Positions 52,101-62,503 are shown, counted from the first letter of the stretch. The stretch: DNA of 64,000 bases from Phoronis australis (GCA_002633005.1 NMRA01000362.1:394968-458967), one strand, 5' to 3'. Made by a program: numbers and translations. Notes: generated from the sequence alone by a model not told the origin.

Positions 52101-54196
52101 TGATGATAGTCGCTGAACAAATAGTTAAGTTTTTAGGTCATACCGTGAAGAGTTATGTTTTTACGCCAGGTGGTGAAAGTCACTATGCAAAAAAGTCGGC
52201 ATTGACACCTACAAAATTCTGTACCACCACCAGCAAACATGTACAGGCTTTTAAAAGCATGATTATATTTTTGTGTTCTAATTCCTGAGAAGTAACCTTT
52301 TAAAGCTTTAAGGGCACTTAACTCAATGATTGTGTGTAACCTTTTAAAGCTTTAAGGGCACTNTTTGCTACTGTTGTCACGAAGATTGATTAATTATGGC
52401 ATGACTGTATGTTCATAGTGAGATAAATTCTTTTGAAACTCTAATCACAGATTTTGATAACCTCATGGTGGATGACTCCATTTTACATCCCAGAATGCCA
52501 AGTGTTTCACAAAGTGAGATCAATTTCCTAAAGGTATATTCTACAACTACATCTGCAAAGAATCAAGGTGCAATTTTCGTGAAGAAATCTTTTAACTTTA
52601 TGTTCTTGACATTCCGAGTATAGTAAGCAAATTCTGCTCTTTTTCCTTTACAGTCGGGGCGTGGAATGAATGAATGCGAACAGGTCCTGTCTACTCAAGG
52701 CCCTGTCGCTTCTTTGTGTATTGATATTGTCAACGGTAGTATCATAGCTGGAGTTGAGGACGTCATCAAGTAAGTGCAAATATATCATACTAAGAACTTT
52801 CATTTACAATTTTGAGAAACACTGGCGTCTGATGATAGTCGCTGAACGAATAGTTAAGTTTTTAGGTCATACCGTGAAGAGTTATGTTTTTACGCCAGGT
52901 GGTGAAAGTCACTATGCAAAAAAGTCGGCATTGACACCTACAAAATTCTGTACCACCACCAGCAAACATGTACAGGCTTTTGAAAGCATGATTATATTTT
53001 TGTGTTCTAATTCCTGAGAAGTAACCTTTTAAAGCTTTAAGGGCACTTAACTCAATGATTGTGTGTAACCTTTTAAAGCTTTAAGGGCACTTAACTCAGT
53101 GATTGCGTCTGAATAGCTCTGTAAAATTCCCTAAAAACTGCCAAACATGGTGTAGTCATGTTTACGTTGGTATGCACATGTGAAACTTGACTCTAGTTAA
53201 TGATATCTGTGTTGTCTTTTCAGAGTCTATGAACCTGAAAGTTACAGACTGGTGCAGACTAATGTTGGCCATTCTGATGACGTGCGCTGCATTCTGCATG
53301 TGCCGGAGAGAAACCAGGTAAGGAACGTTCTCTGATCCCAGTTTTGGGGTTCCTTTATGTAGTGGAATTATCTCTCTAAAGTCTTTTTAAGTTCCACACA
53401 GCGCTAGTTAGATGATATTGAAAACTCAGATCTCAAAATGTATTAAATTGAGTTTGAGGTAATGATTAATGCTATACATACAATTAGTGGACTCTGCAGT
53501 ACTCAGACCGTAGTGTACCATGTAAAGTCGGGAGATGCAAGCTCACCATACTAAAAGCATCTGAAAACAGTTGTACTCCAAAACAAAAACCAATTAAACA
53601 AAGTTTTTTTTGTCATATCGTTGCATGTGGGTTAAAATTTTTGTTCATTTTCTACTGAGAGTATAGCCCAGGGAAACGAGACCCCAAAATCTTGGACCCA
53701 TTCTTAAAATGCTGTTATCAAAATAGCTACACCTATGGGAGAATCTGTGCCTCTGGAAAAACGTCACGCGAGCGGAGTGAAACGTTGTGGTTGGGTAATG
53801 TCCTCGATACAATTCACAACTCGACCGAGGTCAATTAATACCTTGTCACTGATTATAGGTTTTATTATTTTAATCAATCGTTTGCCTGTGGTGTGTTCAT
53901 CAAATAATTGTGTTTGAAAGCACTCTTTAATAAAACCTATGATTGAAAACTTGTAGATGAGGTACATTTTACTTTGCTCTTTTTTTGTTCAGTACATATC
54001 GGTTTCTTGGGATAAGACAATAAGGATTTGGAATTCGTTTAAACTGTCGAAGCGAAAGCGAATCCAGAAAGAGCCGGAGACAACTCCTGAAGCCCATTCA
54101 GCCGTCAAGACCCCAGAAAAGTCAAGGTCGAGGAATCGTACATCAATAGTTCAAGCAATGGCAACTGGAGTAGAAGATGTCGAAGCCACAGCATAG
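28087..54196 (+). CDS. Uncharacterised multi-WD40-repeat protein (~786 aa, probably two beta-propellers); join(28087..28189,30419..30509,32143..32230,32512..32608,33834..34011,34685..34753,35828..36108,37741..37839,38643..38733,39361..39511,45908..46001,46737..46879,49614..49736,50045..50097,50418..50519,51392..51575,51922..52037,53224..53317,53993..54196)
   Basis: All 18 introns are GT-AG with matching phases and the exons total 2361 nt in frame. WD motifs: DGVIKSWE, EHRGWVTDF..SSANDGVIIAWS, EHTDIVRC..SGGYDNKLIIYD, AHDAGITCL..TGSFDKTVKIWS, SGGWDQRLVIWN, GHEQEISSI..TGSEDGTIRIWS, GHSDDVRC..SVSWDKTIRIWN. Confidence 0.88.
29290..29395 (-). mobile_element. Degenerate tRNA-SINE fragment
   Basis: cttggtcctggggcacaac...gaaaccacgatct... 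reads as a reversed SINE core plus B-box remnant. Confidence 0.35.
29645..30367. mobile_element. Tc1/mariner (pogo/Tc2-like) non-autonomous element with TA TSD
   Basis: TA|CCGTATTCGCCCTAATAAGCGCCC ... GGGCGTTTATTAGGGCGAATACGG|TA. Confidence 0.88.
30419..30509 (+). CDS. WD40 gene exon 2
   Basis: ttttcag acceptor; GVIKSWEAETGKLLLTTHEHRGWVTDFLY. Confidence 0.85.
31365..31855 (-). mobile_element. 5'-truncated Penelope-like element (GIY-YIG endonuclease domain) with inverted terminal segment
   Basis: Minus-strand VVHGIQCKNLQCSDSYTGETKPSIKMSMSQHHR...SAI..ILDCEDDWFRRGVKEALHERIESPSLNKRGG (31525-31822). Perfect 31-bp inverted repeat at 31365-31395 and 31825-31855. Confidence 0.88.
32143..32230 (+). 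CDS. WD40 gene exon 3
   Basis: PDVKCMLSSANDGVIIAWSSGGGVHDKIN; donor GTGAGT. Confidence 0.85.
32512..32608 (+). CDS. WD40 gene exon 4
   Basis: LATPVYCMVVNPRRAQLVCGMNASIRLYDLQP; phase 0 to 1. Confidence 0.85.
33834..34011 (+). CDS. WD40 gene exon 5
   Basis: KEHTDIVRCILCVESRIYSGGYDNKLIIYD; donor GTAAGT. Confidence 0.9.
34685..34753 (+). CDS. WD40 gene exon 6
   Basis: NHQAHDAGITCLQLVKDNENNS; donor GTAAGT. Confidence 0.88.
35515..35556. repeat. Perfect 16-bp GC-rich hairpin
   Basis: AGACCGTCCCGAGTTG, 10-nt loop, CAACTCGGGACGGTCT. Confidence 0.9.
35828..36108 (+). CDS. WD40 gene exon 7
   Basis: VVTGSFDKTVKIWSSDGKLVHKL...FFPELNQVL. Confidence 0.9.
37741..37839 (+). CDS. WD40 gene exon 8
   Basis: STSRRQLLSWKYNASGCITALKCKNALETITY; phase 1 to 1. 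Confidence 0.85.
38643..38733 (+). CDS. WD40 gene exon 9
   Basis: RKVPLLLFSGDSSGVITKWERMQSNHFMY. Confidence 0.85.
39361..39511 (+). CDS. WD40 gene exon 10 (basic linker)
   Basis: KEMFNIADIKNNKKKATEQKSKPK...PLIST; donor GTGAGT. Confidence 0.85.
41627..41701 (+). CDS. Candidate 75-nt cassette exon of the WD40 gene (PPDSDEPMKDEELITDSEDTPPEPL)
   Basis: Pyrimidine tract then cacag acceptor; TTG|GTAGTC donor; phase 0-0; two TGCATG motifs downstream. Confidence 0.55.
42007..42157. repeat. Imperfect hairpin / MITE
   Basis: aacagctt..gacttattcttattaaaatgacataagcaaaatttgaattt versus aaattcaattttgcttgtcattttgataagaataagcc..aagctgtt. Confidence 0.7.
43533..43550 (+). CDS. Candidate 18-nt (or 15-nt NAGNAG) micro-exon of the WD40 gene (QSYKRK)
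   Basis: tttccttgtttgcctttcaactccagcag acceptor; AAG|GTTGGT donor; phase 0-0. Confidence 0.45.
44383..44482. repeat. Imperfect hairpin / MITE
   Basis: gtcattcacaggggtcctgtattttgagaaccagttt versus aaactggttctcaaaaacgaggaacccctgtaagtgac. Confidence 0.7.
45908..46001 (+). CDS. WD40 gene exon 11
   Basis: KISKDPLIGILNAVFVEELDVILAASEDGNI; donor GTGAGT. Confidence 0.88.
46737..46879 (+). CDS. WD40 gene exon 12
   Basis: VWGFDEAAVKVLQTMKPPEVQKLIRRYAILLDD... Confidence 0.85.
46903..47062 (+). mobile_element. MITE family B copy
   Basis: caggggcagatccagg...aaatcagccactg; homologous to 8934-9090. Confidence 0.75.
47424..47625. mobile_element. MITE-like element with imperfect TIRs
   Basis: ttccttactcaaatt..ttgggcttgt versus acaagcccaa..atttgagtaaggaa. 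Confidence 0.6.
47656..47762 (+). repeat. Dispersed repeat shared with ~6850-6965
   Basis: aaaagcaagact..gcacgtgattttggctagatttttct..cgagac..tgaact..accaag occurs in both places. Confidence 0.7.
49614..49736 (+). CDS. WD40 gene exon 13
   Basis: DEESVTNRVAGFICKHVLSYHTSCVTSLVVI... Confidence 0.88.
50045..50097 (+). CDS. WD40 gene exon 14
   Basis: VSGGWDQRLVIWNLSDG. Confidence 0.88.
50418..50519 (+). CDS. WD40 gene exon 15
   Basis: YHDCFRNTASDADIETLELACDGIIINMAYSDT; weak AAG acceptor but the phase fits. Confidence 0.8.
51392..51575 (+). CDS. WD40 gene exon 16
   Basis: NEIAYASSDKMVYIRKF...LQGHEQEISSIRWN...TGSEDGTIRIW. Confidence 0.92.
51628..53091. repeat. ~730-bp near-identical tandem duplication joined at a single N (52363)
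   Basis: Copy 1 51628-52362, copy 2 52364-53091; only SNPs and small indels differ; includes exon 17. Confidence 0.95.
51922..52037 (+). CDS. WD40 gene exon 17 (copy 1; identical copy at 52654-52769)
   Basis: SGRGMNECEQVLSTQGPVASLCIDIVNGSIIAGVEDVI; phase 0 to 2. Confidence 0.8.
53224..53317 (+). CDS. WD40 gene exon 18
   Basis: VYEPESYRLVQTNVGHSDDVRCILHVPERNQ; donor GTAAGG. Confidence 0.9.
53993..54196 (+). CDS. WD40 gene last exon
   Basis: YISVSWDKTIRIWNSFKLSKRKRIQ...EATA*. Confidence 0.9.
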   Translation, partial: YISVSWDKTIRIWNSFKLSKRKRIQKEPETTPEAHSAVKTPEKSRSRNRTSIVQAMATGVEDVEATA

Positions 54197-55243
54197 GAAA
54201 GTTGTCTTGGAAGGATTGGTTTAGTGTAAAGGGAATGTCACGTAGACCAATCACATTGCATAAAAGCTTAATAATGCTAAATCCTTGGTCAAGTTCCACA
54301 GCCGCAAGAATCTCGCAAAGCTTTGATTGATTTAACATTGATTGACCAGAAACACTGTTAAATCTAATACAAAACTGCGAAGAGATAAACAAGGATATGA
54401 ACCTAAAATAAGACCAAGGTACAAGTAAAAATAAACTAAAAAAGGACAATTAGGGTCTGGATGACACAAAATTAGAAACTTATTTCTGTCGTGTGGGCTG
54501 GTGTCATCAAATGCTTTACTTGTAACCTGTGATGATATCAAAAACATGCAGATGATCTTGTTTTTGCGAGGTTCTAGTGTCTGCAGAACTCATGCCTGAT
54601 AATTTTATCAAATGTAGAATTTTATCTAGACTTAAACGTAATTTTTGTACTGAACATTCTCGTCCCTTCAATTGTGACATTTACATGCTTTTTCATGAAT
54701 TTACTGAAATCAAATTTCAGGGTATATGAAAATGTTTCTTTTGCTATTGAAAATACAAAAACCCTACTAAGAAAATTTTGTGTTTGAAACATGCAAGAAT
54801 TTTCACATTTAATAGCCATCTATCAAGTGATGTTTTGTACGTTCAAGGGATACCGTAAACTAAATGGAGATTGGTCAGTTTCTCACAAGAATTCAGCAAT
54901 AATGAAAATGTAGTGCATCATAGAAAATATTTGCACGCGTAATTTCATATACATGGCATTTTCATTTTGTGACATTCCAAAAGGTAAGAATGATTTTCGT
55001 TTTACAAACAATAAATTGATTTTTTACACATTTGATTACCACTTTAATGATGTAAGGGGGTGCTAATATTTCCAAAGTCTGCTGAATGTTTTTCTTTTGC
55101 TTTACTTTTAAGTCACTTAACTTAACTTGAGCACATGCAATTATTTCGAATGCAAAACACAGTGTGAAGAATATTAATTTTCAATGGCCAATGTCGGCAG
55201 CCAAAAATGCTCGTCATTAATATGTGTACTTGTGCGTCCACTA

Positions 55244-55340
55244 TTTTGAATCACTCAGTGCCAAGTTTTCTTCCGGGACAAATAACCCGTTTTGAATCAC
55301 TCAGTGCCAAGTTTTCTCCTGGGACAAGTAACCCGTTTTT
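55244..55340. repeat. Tandem duplication, 46 bp x2
   Basis: ttttgaatcactcagtgccaagttttct...gggacaa.taacccg occurs twice. Confidence 0.9.
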
Positions 55341-56378
55341 TCACAATATACCAGGCAAGATCAGCTGCAGTGGGTGTCAATACTTCAATTGGACAGCTCA
55401 CTCCTGCAGTGGGATAGTAGCCAATATAGATTTGAGGTTTATGTGTTAGCTATAACTTCGCTAGGGAAGCTCAACACCCCAGGTGTTTACTTTGCGACCA
55501 TGACAGTGGTTGCGTAACACAAAGAGTCCCCTATGGACTTGGGAGAAAACTTGGCGATGAACACGGCACGTGTTGCAAACGTAAGGTGTGTGCCATCTGT
55601 ATGCTACGACATTCTGTTTTGTGTTGTCACAATCTCTGAGATCAATAGTGTTAATCTGTCAGTATTATTTTTGTACCAACTTTACTTCTGTGATATTGAT
55701 TCGTGTATGTTTGGTTCATGCTAGTTTAGTCCTTTATTTCTAGGACCATGTTTGTGTGCTTTGATGTCAATTGAATATCACCTCATACCGTATTAATTAT
55801 GTGAATGGCTATACAGCATTAAGAGATTTTCGTTGTAAACTGATCGGACGAAAAGAACCTGAAGTTTTTGAGCCAAGCCTACTGTTCAATCTGCCTCAAA
55901 CCACAGGTTGGGGTATCAACATGGTGTGCTTTACACGTAGAGTCTCATTTTATGCATCGAAAGCAATATGGCCGTCAGTTAAATGAGAATAGAAAGGAAC
56001 CACTAGATGGAGTTACTAGAGATGCATAGCGACTTTAAATCCTTCCGAGACCCAAATGTCACTGTGTGAGTAACTGGGTCAAGGCATTACGAGCGGAATA
56101 CTCGCACGCAGTAAGATGAGCCAATGGTGTCAAAGCTTGCTTCGTTTGCATGTGCACGATTGCGCACACGTGTGTATGTTGCGACTATTCACATAATTTA
56201 TACGGCATGTTAACTGCTGTTATGTTTATATTTGCAATGCACTAATTAAGTTATTATTAATTTCTATTTTCCTATTGGACCAAGCTGTTGAGACATACAT
56301 TTTTCAGTGGACAACTGCTGTTTATACATGTCTGTGAGTGTCTTCTTCCACAACAGGGTATTGAATACGCTGGTTAAT

Positions 56379-56390
56379 TTTATTAATAAA
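56379..56390. terminator. Palindromic double polyadenylation signal TTTATTAATAAA
   Basis: Reads AATAAA on both strands; lies between the convergent WD40 and MRPL40 stop codons. Confidence 0.35.
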
Positions 56391-57226
56391 TTATTTTATT
56401 TAAAACATTTGCGTTACTATGCTCTGAGGAAGTATTTCCCACGATCATGACCTTTTACGTAGTTTATAATTGCGATACCTAGCACAATCGATGAATAAAG
56501 TTATAGCACTTGAAAACTGAACTTCTGAAACAATGAAAACACACAGCCAAGAACATATTTTCTGAAAAAATACTGAAATTCTTGCAATCCGAGAATACTG
56601 TCCGCAACTTAACAATGTTTCCCAATTTTATTAAAATTTGTCTTCAGTTTCAACTTTTGACAACTTACATTGACCTTCCTACCGTTAAGTTGAGATATAT
56701 TCACAAAGGATTGTGGGAAAGGAGTCACCTCGAGCAGCGCCACCTGCAGATACATATATGATCTCAAGAGATCACTTCACTTCAGTTACATTTCAAATAA
56801 CCAGAACAATTTACCACAGGTAGAAATATCTGTCACAATATTCAACTGAGATCCACAGCCAAATTACAGAGCAGATGATTTTTGTAACATTTCCTTGATT
56901 TTGACTCGGACTGTATAAATCTAGACTCTGTGATACACATGCATCGGTTTTCACTGTCCGTGAAAAGTCATTGACACCAACACTGCACAACTACCCTAAC
57001 ATGTAATAGTAAGAAAACCCATAATACAGCTGTTAAACTAAGTGTACATTACGTTTCAAGCAGTGTAGGTGTTGGCAGTTAGATTTTTGACTTCACAAAT
57101 TGACAAAAAATCCCTCTTTTGTCAAATGTACAATCAAATGACCAAATAAAACACACATGGGTGGAGCTTTGCCAATTCAGTCCAGAGATAATGTCACATT
57201 TGCCACTGATATGCCCTGCTCCCACG

Positions 57227-60200
57227 TCACTCAAATGTCTTGGTTGTGTCTGTATACTCTCCATCGGGAGGTTCGTAGTTTTTTATGGGCGGAGTGTCCG
57301 AGATGCCTTTTCGAACAAAAGGCACAAATGATTCGTCCAGCTGAAAAACAGAGCCACACTGTAAACAAAAAATCTGTTAGCCTAAAAAGCATAGCTCCTG
57401 GTCCCCACCCCGGCTCATTTCGAGACCTGCGCTCACAGACAAAAAACATGCCTGCATCAACTTCAGTCGTGGTCTTGTCTTTTTTGAAAAAGTACACAAA
57501 GGCACCAAAGCAAAGGCAAGCATGGTTTGAAACACATGACTTCCTTAGCAACGAGTAAAAACAAAATCAAACCCTGCATCATAATAATTTCATGTCTCAA
57601 GTGGACTTATTTAAGAAAATGAACCACTAATAAAACTACCGACCACAGACTCTATTTTCAAGAAAAGGACCAAAGACAACAGTGTTATTATGTTTTTGGG
57701 CTCACGTGAGCTTTCTGTCAACACCACAAGTGGTTAGCTCCATCTCTGGAGCATATAAGAAATGATGTTATTTGCACCAAAGAAACTCCAAGATGAGCAC
57801 ATGAACAGCACACACACTTGCTCCAATTTCACTAATGAACACGTAGGAACAAAAATGTACTATTTGTTAACATTGGATTCTGCCTTCAGTTCATCAGACA
57901 CAAAATAGACAAATACGGACCAACTGTCTTGGCGAGACACAGAAATCAGTCCAAAGAAGCATCACAAACACAGCACTAATCAAACTAAAAAAGAGCTCGA
58001 CGGACTACATGATTATTGTATGTGAATATGTCAATCTCAAAATGGCATTGGAATTATGTTGCAAACATTTAAGTCCTGCCAGAATGCCATCTGTTGGCAA
58101 CATCACGAGACCTAATGAATATTAGTGAAAAAAATTCCTGCCCCCAACCGGGATTTATATTATTCAGACTTATATTCGTTAGGTCATGTGATGTGGCCAA
58201 CAGATGGCATGCTGACGGGACTTGAATGTTTGCTACTTAATTATTAGACTGAATTTCAGAGCAGGATCATCATATTCAAATCCCCAATCACTATCACGCT
58301 GCTTACTGTGACTGCCTGAAGATAAAGTTCCTCAGATTCCTTCCTCAATTCTTCCAAAGCCTTCTCCTGAGCAACAATGGCACGACCTGTAAATAACGGC
58401 AAATAACAACTAACGTTCCGAAAAGTGTTAGCTAAAAGCTGAATGTAACACACAGGTTCTCGCAGAGACCGATACAACAAATATGCTTTCTAGTGCTTTC
58501 TGGGCTGGGCTCCACTTATACATAATATTATCCATAATAAACATTGGCTGTACTTGTATATGTATATGTATATATGAACTGACTATACTTCGGGAGCAAG
58601 TTTTCGGTTATACAAAATTTGTTAAATGCACAACACTTTTCATTGTTCACAGTCTTTTTTCCGTTACGTTCATACTTTCGGAACAAAACTCTACTCTCAA
58701 CTGATAAACATTAAAAAACTTCAGTTAAGATTAAATACAACACACCCGACTCCCATGGAGTCTCTTTTTGAATTAACGGCCGAGCCTAGTCATGTGACAG
58801 CCACAAGATACGGGAACGAGCTTCGAAAAGTAGAAAGATCTTGCTAAAACCCAAACAGTTGGCATCTAAGAATACGCAGGAGCTCTGCAAACTACCGCAA
58901 AACTTTGCTAGAAGAACGGAGGCCTCACCAATAGCTTTAACCTCTTTTTTGTGTTCACGGTGTTTATGTCTTGACCAATCCTTGTTCAGTAGCGCGCGGT
59001 ATTCTGTCTCCTCATTGGACAATGGTTCAGTCACTCTCTGACGAAGCCTGCATTGAAGAATAAACAGATGCAGAGCTTTTGAGTAAAACTTTGTATTACC
59101 TAGAGCAGAACCTTCTAAATATCACCATATAAATCTGGTAGCATAATAAATAGAACATTCCTCTACAGAATTTGGGTGTAATGGCTCGATTAGATTTAAA
59201 AAGGCCTAAGGTGCAACATCGAGGGTGGTTTTCTACCACTGAAGCAGAATTCAACCTGCTCACAAGGTAATTTTATTTTAAAGTTATTGCGAAAAAATTA
59301 ATTTCTATTAGTATCAAAGCATTCCTTTTCTTTTAGTTTCAAATTTCAAAAAAACGATCTGTCAACTGCTCGCCACTTGCCGATTTTTCTCCCACTAGGC
59401 AAAGCATGTCTCCTTATTTGGTATGGCAAGACATAGACCTCGCACATTTCCCTTACACGGAAAATGTGACCCTTGACCTCAAGCAACTGACTGTGGGAAC
59501 ATGCGTGCATTTATTATAAGTGGCAGGGAGATTAGAAACTGTGCGGTAACCACAGAGTTTTTTCTTCGTGCATATTTCAAAAATCATGAATTTTTTATAT
59601 TCTTTCTGGAAATTTCCTCACAGGAACAAGGGAATTACTCTGTAACTTGATGTTGCGAGACGGTACTTTCGCCAGGACTTGTTTAAAAGACATTTTTGAC
59701 AAGCTTTCGCTTTCCATGCCTCTTTAAAGTACTGGCTTAAATTTTTGTTTATTTCTTTAGCTATCAAGCTTCATCAGACAAGTACAATTCCAGCAAACGA
59801 AAAGCTAGGTGTATTGCTTCTTTAAAGAGTTGTACAGTATAAGCTACAGTACAATACAGATTTGTTAGTGTCTTACAATCAACAACACTCACTCTAACTG
59901 CTTGGAAAGAGTCCTGTCCATCTCAAACTCCATAATGGGCTTGAACTTTCGCGAGAACTTAGACAGTTTCTTAATCTCCTTCTCAAGTCTCTTTCTTTTC
60001 CGCTGCTCCCTGGCGTGTAAGACTGCTGGATCTATGCGCTTCTTCTTTTTCAAGGGCTCACCACTGGTTATAAAACAATTTAAAGCGTTTTATGCTTAAT
60101 GTGAAAAAATAAGCTCCACACACTTGAACCTAATGGATTGAACATAAAGACTTCTTAAATTATACCCTTTACTTTGTTCCGCAACAATGTATCATGCTCA

Positions 60201-61479
60201 TTACGCCATATATCAGATGTCAATTGTCATATAGTGTTTGATTTTACTTTATTTCTGTTTCTGTTTCGATTGACGAAGGATGTTATTATATCTGAAAATT
60301 TCAGTGATCCATTTTTGTTTTTTTATTTACGTATATTTATGCTACAAGTGAAATGGAAGGGGCTTCAGTGAAAAGTTAACAATCGCTGCTATAGATACAC
60401 GTTTGTAAGAGAATCTCAACATAAATTTAAAGCTGGATTTTGCCTCACTTAAATGGCTAAAAACGAAAATCGAATTAGGCATTTTACTCTCGTAAAACCA
60501 GTCTCATAATGTTTCTTAGTGTAACTGAATTCTTTTTTCATTACCAATTGAAGTCACGGGCAATGTGTACCTGTGCCATTTTTGAATTTCGATCAAGGTA
60601 AGAGTATTATTAAACAGAACTGATGAGAGTAAAAGGCCTTATTTAATTTTCATTTTTTACCACCTATACTAAGCAAGGTTTGTTTACAGGAAAGCGTGTA
60701 GTTGAGAACAGTCAAACGTTCTCACCCTCACTCTTGTGGTCATGTTGGCGTGATAGGTTTGACCTGGATCTAAGACAAAGGCCTACGCAGCAGGGGGTGG
60801 CTGGCCTTGATCCCTGTTCAAGTTGGGATGTTTAGTTTTAATGTACACAGCTTCTGGCGAGAACTTTGAGAGGAACACGGGTATTCAATAAAGTCAATAG
60901 AAAAGCTTTCTAGATTAAAACCAGACAACTCAACATGAACAGGGACCAAGGTTTACAATTCCTGGCACTGTTGGAGCTTATTTTAGATCCAGATATTATC
61001 ACAGCAAAATCCAGTCAACGCCACCGCTACGGTGATAACAGAAATGTCTAACCATTCTCCAACTTTCTTGTAAGTAAGCCGTAATTGCTCGGGACTCTCA
61101 GAAACCAATGAAAACCTCTTCTATTGCCAAAATGGAACCAATTGTCACATCATTTATATTTGCTGCATCACCGATGATTTTCAGCATGTTCAAAATCGAC
61201 CGCACAGCGAAACACACCAACATATTACAAAAATTGCTGACAGTACACGAATGACAAGCATTGGTAGGGACTTTCCAAGGCAAGGAAAATAGTACTTAAG
61301 TATTCTATGGCCAACTCAATGGTTCTACATATAGTTTCCAACGGAGTGCCTTGAAATTGAAGCTATGTAAGAAAAAACCTTACCCAAGAACTGTTGTGGC
61401 CCTGAAATCTAATCCACTAGTTGTGTGGATGAAGCTGGTTCTTAGCACCGAGGAGGCACAAACCTGAGTGAGCGACAGC
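57227..61479 (-). CDS. MRPL40: 39S mitochondrial ribosomal protein L40 (mL40), 5'-partial; complement(join(57227..57340,58307..58386,58929..59047,59893..60063,61384..61479))
   Basis: Translation ...RTSFIHTTSGLDFRATTVLGGEPLKKKKRIDPAVLHAREQRKRKRLEKEIKKLSK...EETEYRALLNKDWSRHK...AQEKALEELRKESEELYLQAVTLDESFVPFVRKGISDTPPIKNYEPPDGEYTDTTKTFE* matches the mL40 signature (EPLRKKKKVDP; ETERRALLLKKWS; AQQEALEEL; TPPIPNYQPPEG). All junctions are GT-AG and in phase. The ATG exon was not found in the window. Confidence 0.93.
58042..58245. mobile_element. Hairpin MITE in an MRPL40 intron
   Basis: gcaaacatttaagtcctgccagaatgccatctgttggcaacatcacgagacctaatgaatat versus atattcgttaggtcatgtgatgtggccaacagatggcatgctgacgggacttgaatgtttgc. 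Confidence 0.8.
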
Positions 61480-62004
61480 CTGAAATGAGCATGATTAGGT
61501 ATAATAATTATTTATTCACCTTATTTGTGATAGACAGTAAGTATATCTTACATCACCTTATGTCATATTTTCTTCAAATCTGCAATGAAACCATTCACCA
61601 TTCACAGGTCTGGGTTGAATCACAATCAATTACTTATTCATCTAAGCTATGTCCTGAACAAACCAAGGGTTTAAGTTCATTGCCACCGGTGCACCGCTGT
61701 GTAAAATTATTAAACAATGCTTAAAGTACAAGACAGGTGTCTGACGAATGCAAGAGATGAGATTTAGAAAAATATTTTAGTGTTTGAAAGTTTCAGGGTG
61801 AGACATCTGAAAACAGTCCTGACAGTCTAAGTCACCGGGCCATGGATAAAAGTACAAGTCAAGAACCAGTTAAAACAAAAAACATCAAAGATTAATGAAA
61901 TAACATTTATTGTCCATCTCTCTGTATATTTTTGAATGCTAAAACCAACTGTTCATGCTATCAAGGTCAATGTCACTGCAAGTCAGCCATGAGTAGGAGC
62001 TTAC

Positions 62005-62022
62005 TTTCCCCTGCTCGTATTG
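62005..62022 (-). CDS. Candidate 18-nt micro-exon of MRPL40 (NTSRGK)
   Basis: Minus strand: ttttcattttcttatttgcag|CAATACGAGCAGGGGAAA|gtaagc; phase 2-2, open in frame with the next exon. Confidence 0.45.
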
Positions 62023-62108
62023 CTGCAAATAAGAAAATGAAAACTTACAAAAATGTTTGAATTTAATGTCTGGTTGATATTTGATGTTCTCCTTAGGACT
62101 ATTGTATT

Positions 62109-62503
62109 GACTGATAGCCTAATGAAAAAATGGGCAGGTCTGTATCGACTGATGACCTAATGAAAAAATGGGCAGGTCAGTATCGACTGATAGACTAATG
62201 AAAAAATGAACAGGTCCATATCGACTGATGGCCTAATGAAAAAATGGGCAGGTCCATATCGACTGATGGCCTAATGAAAAAATGGGCAGGTTCGTATCGA
62301 CTGATGGACTAATGAAAAAATGGACAGGTCCATGTCGACTGATGGCCTAATGAAAAAATGGGCAGGTCCGTATCGATTGATTGCCTAATGAAAAAATGGG
62401 CACGTCCTCATTGACTGATTGCCTAATAAAAATGGACAGGTCCATATTGACTGATGGCCAAATGATAAAATGGGCAGGTCCTTATCAACTGACGACCTAA
62501 GAA
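62109..62503. repeat. Minisatellite, 38-bp unit x ~10
   Basis: GACTGATGGCCTAATGAAAAAATGGGCAGGTCCATATC units start at 62109, 62147, 62185, 62223, 62261, 62299, 62337, 62375 and onward. Confidence 0.95.

Noticed and set aside
52022-53017. Two near-identical 87-88 aa ORFs resembling a duplicated small gene
   Set aside because: They start at TTG inside WD40 exon 17 in another frame and run into the intron; they are twins only because of the tandem duplication.
62109-62503. CRISPR-like array
   Set aside because: Units are contiguous 38-bp tandem copies without unique spacers; there are no cas genes and the context is a eukaryotic intron or flank.
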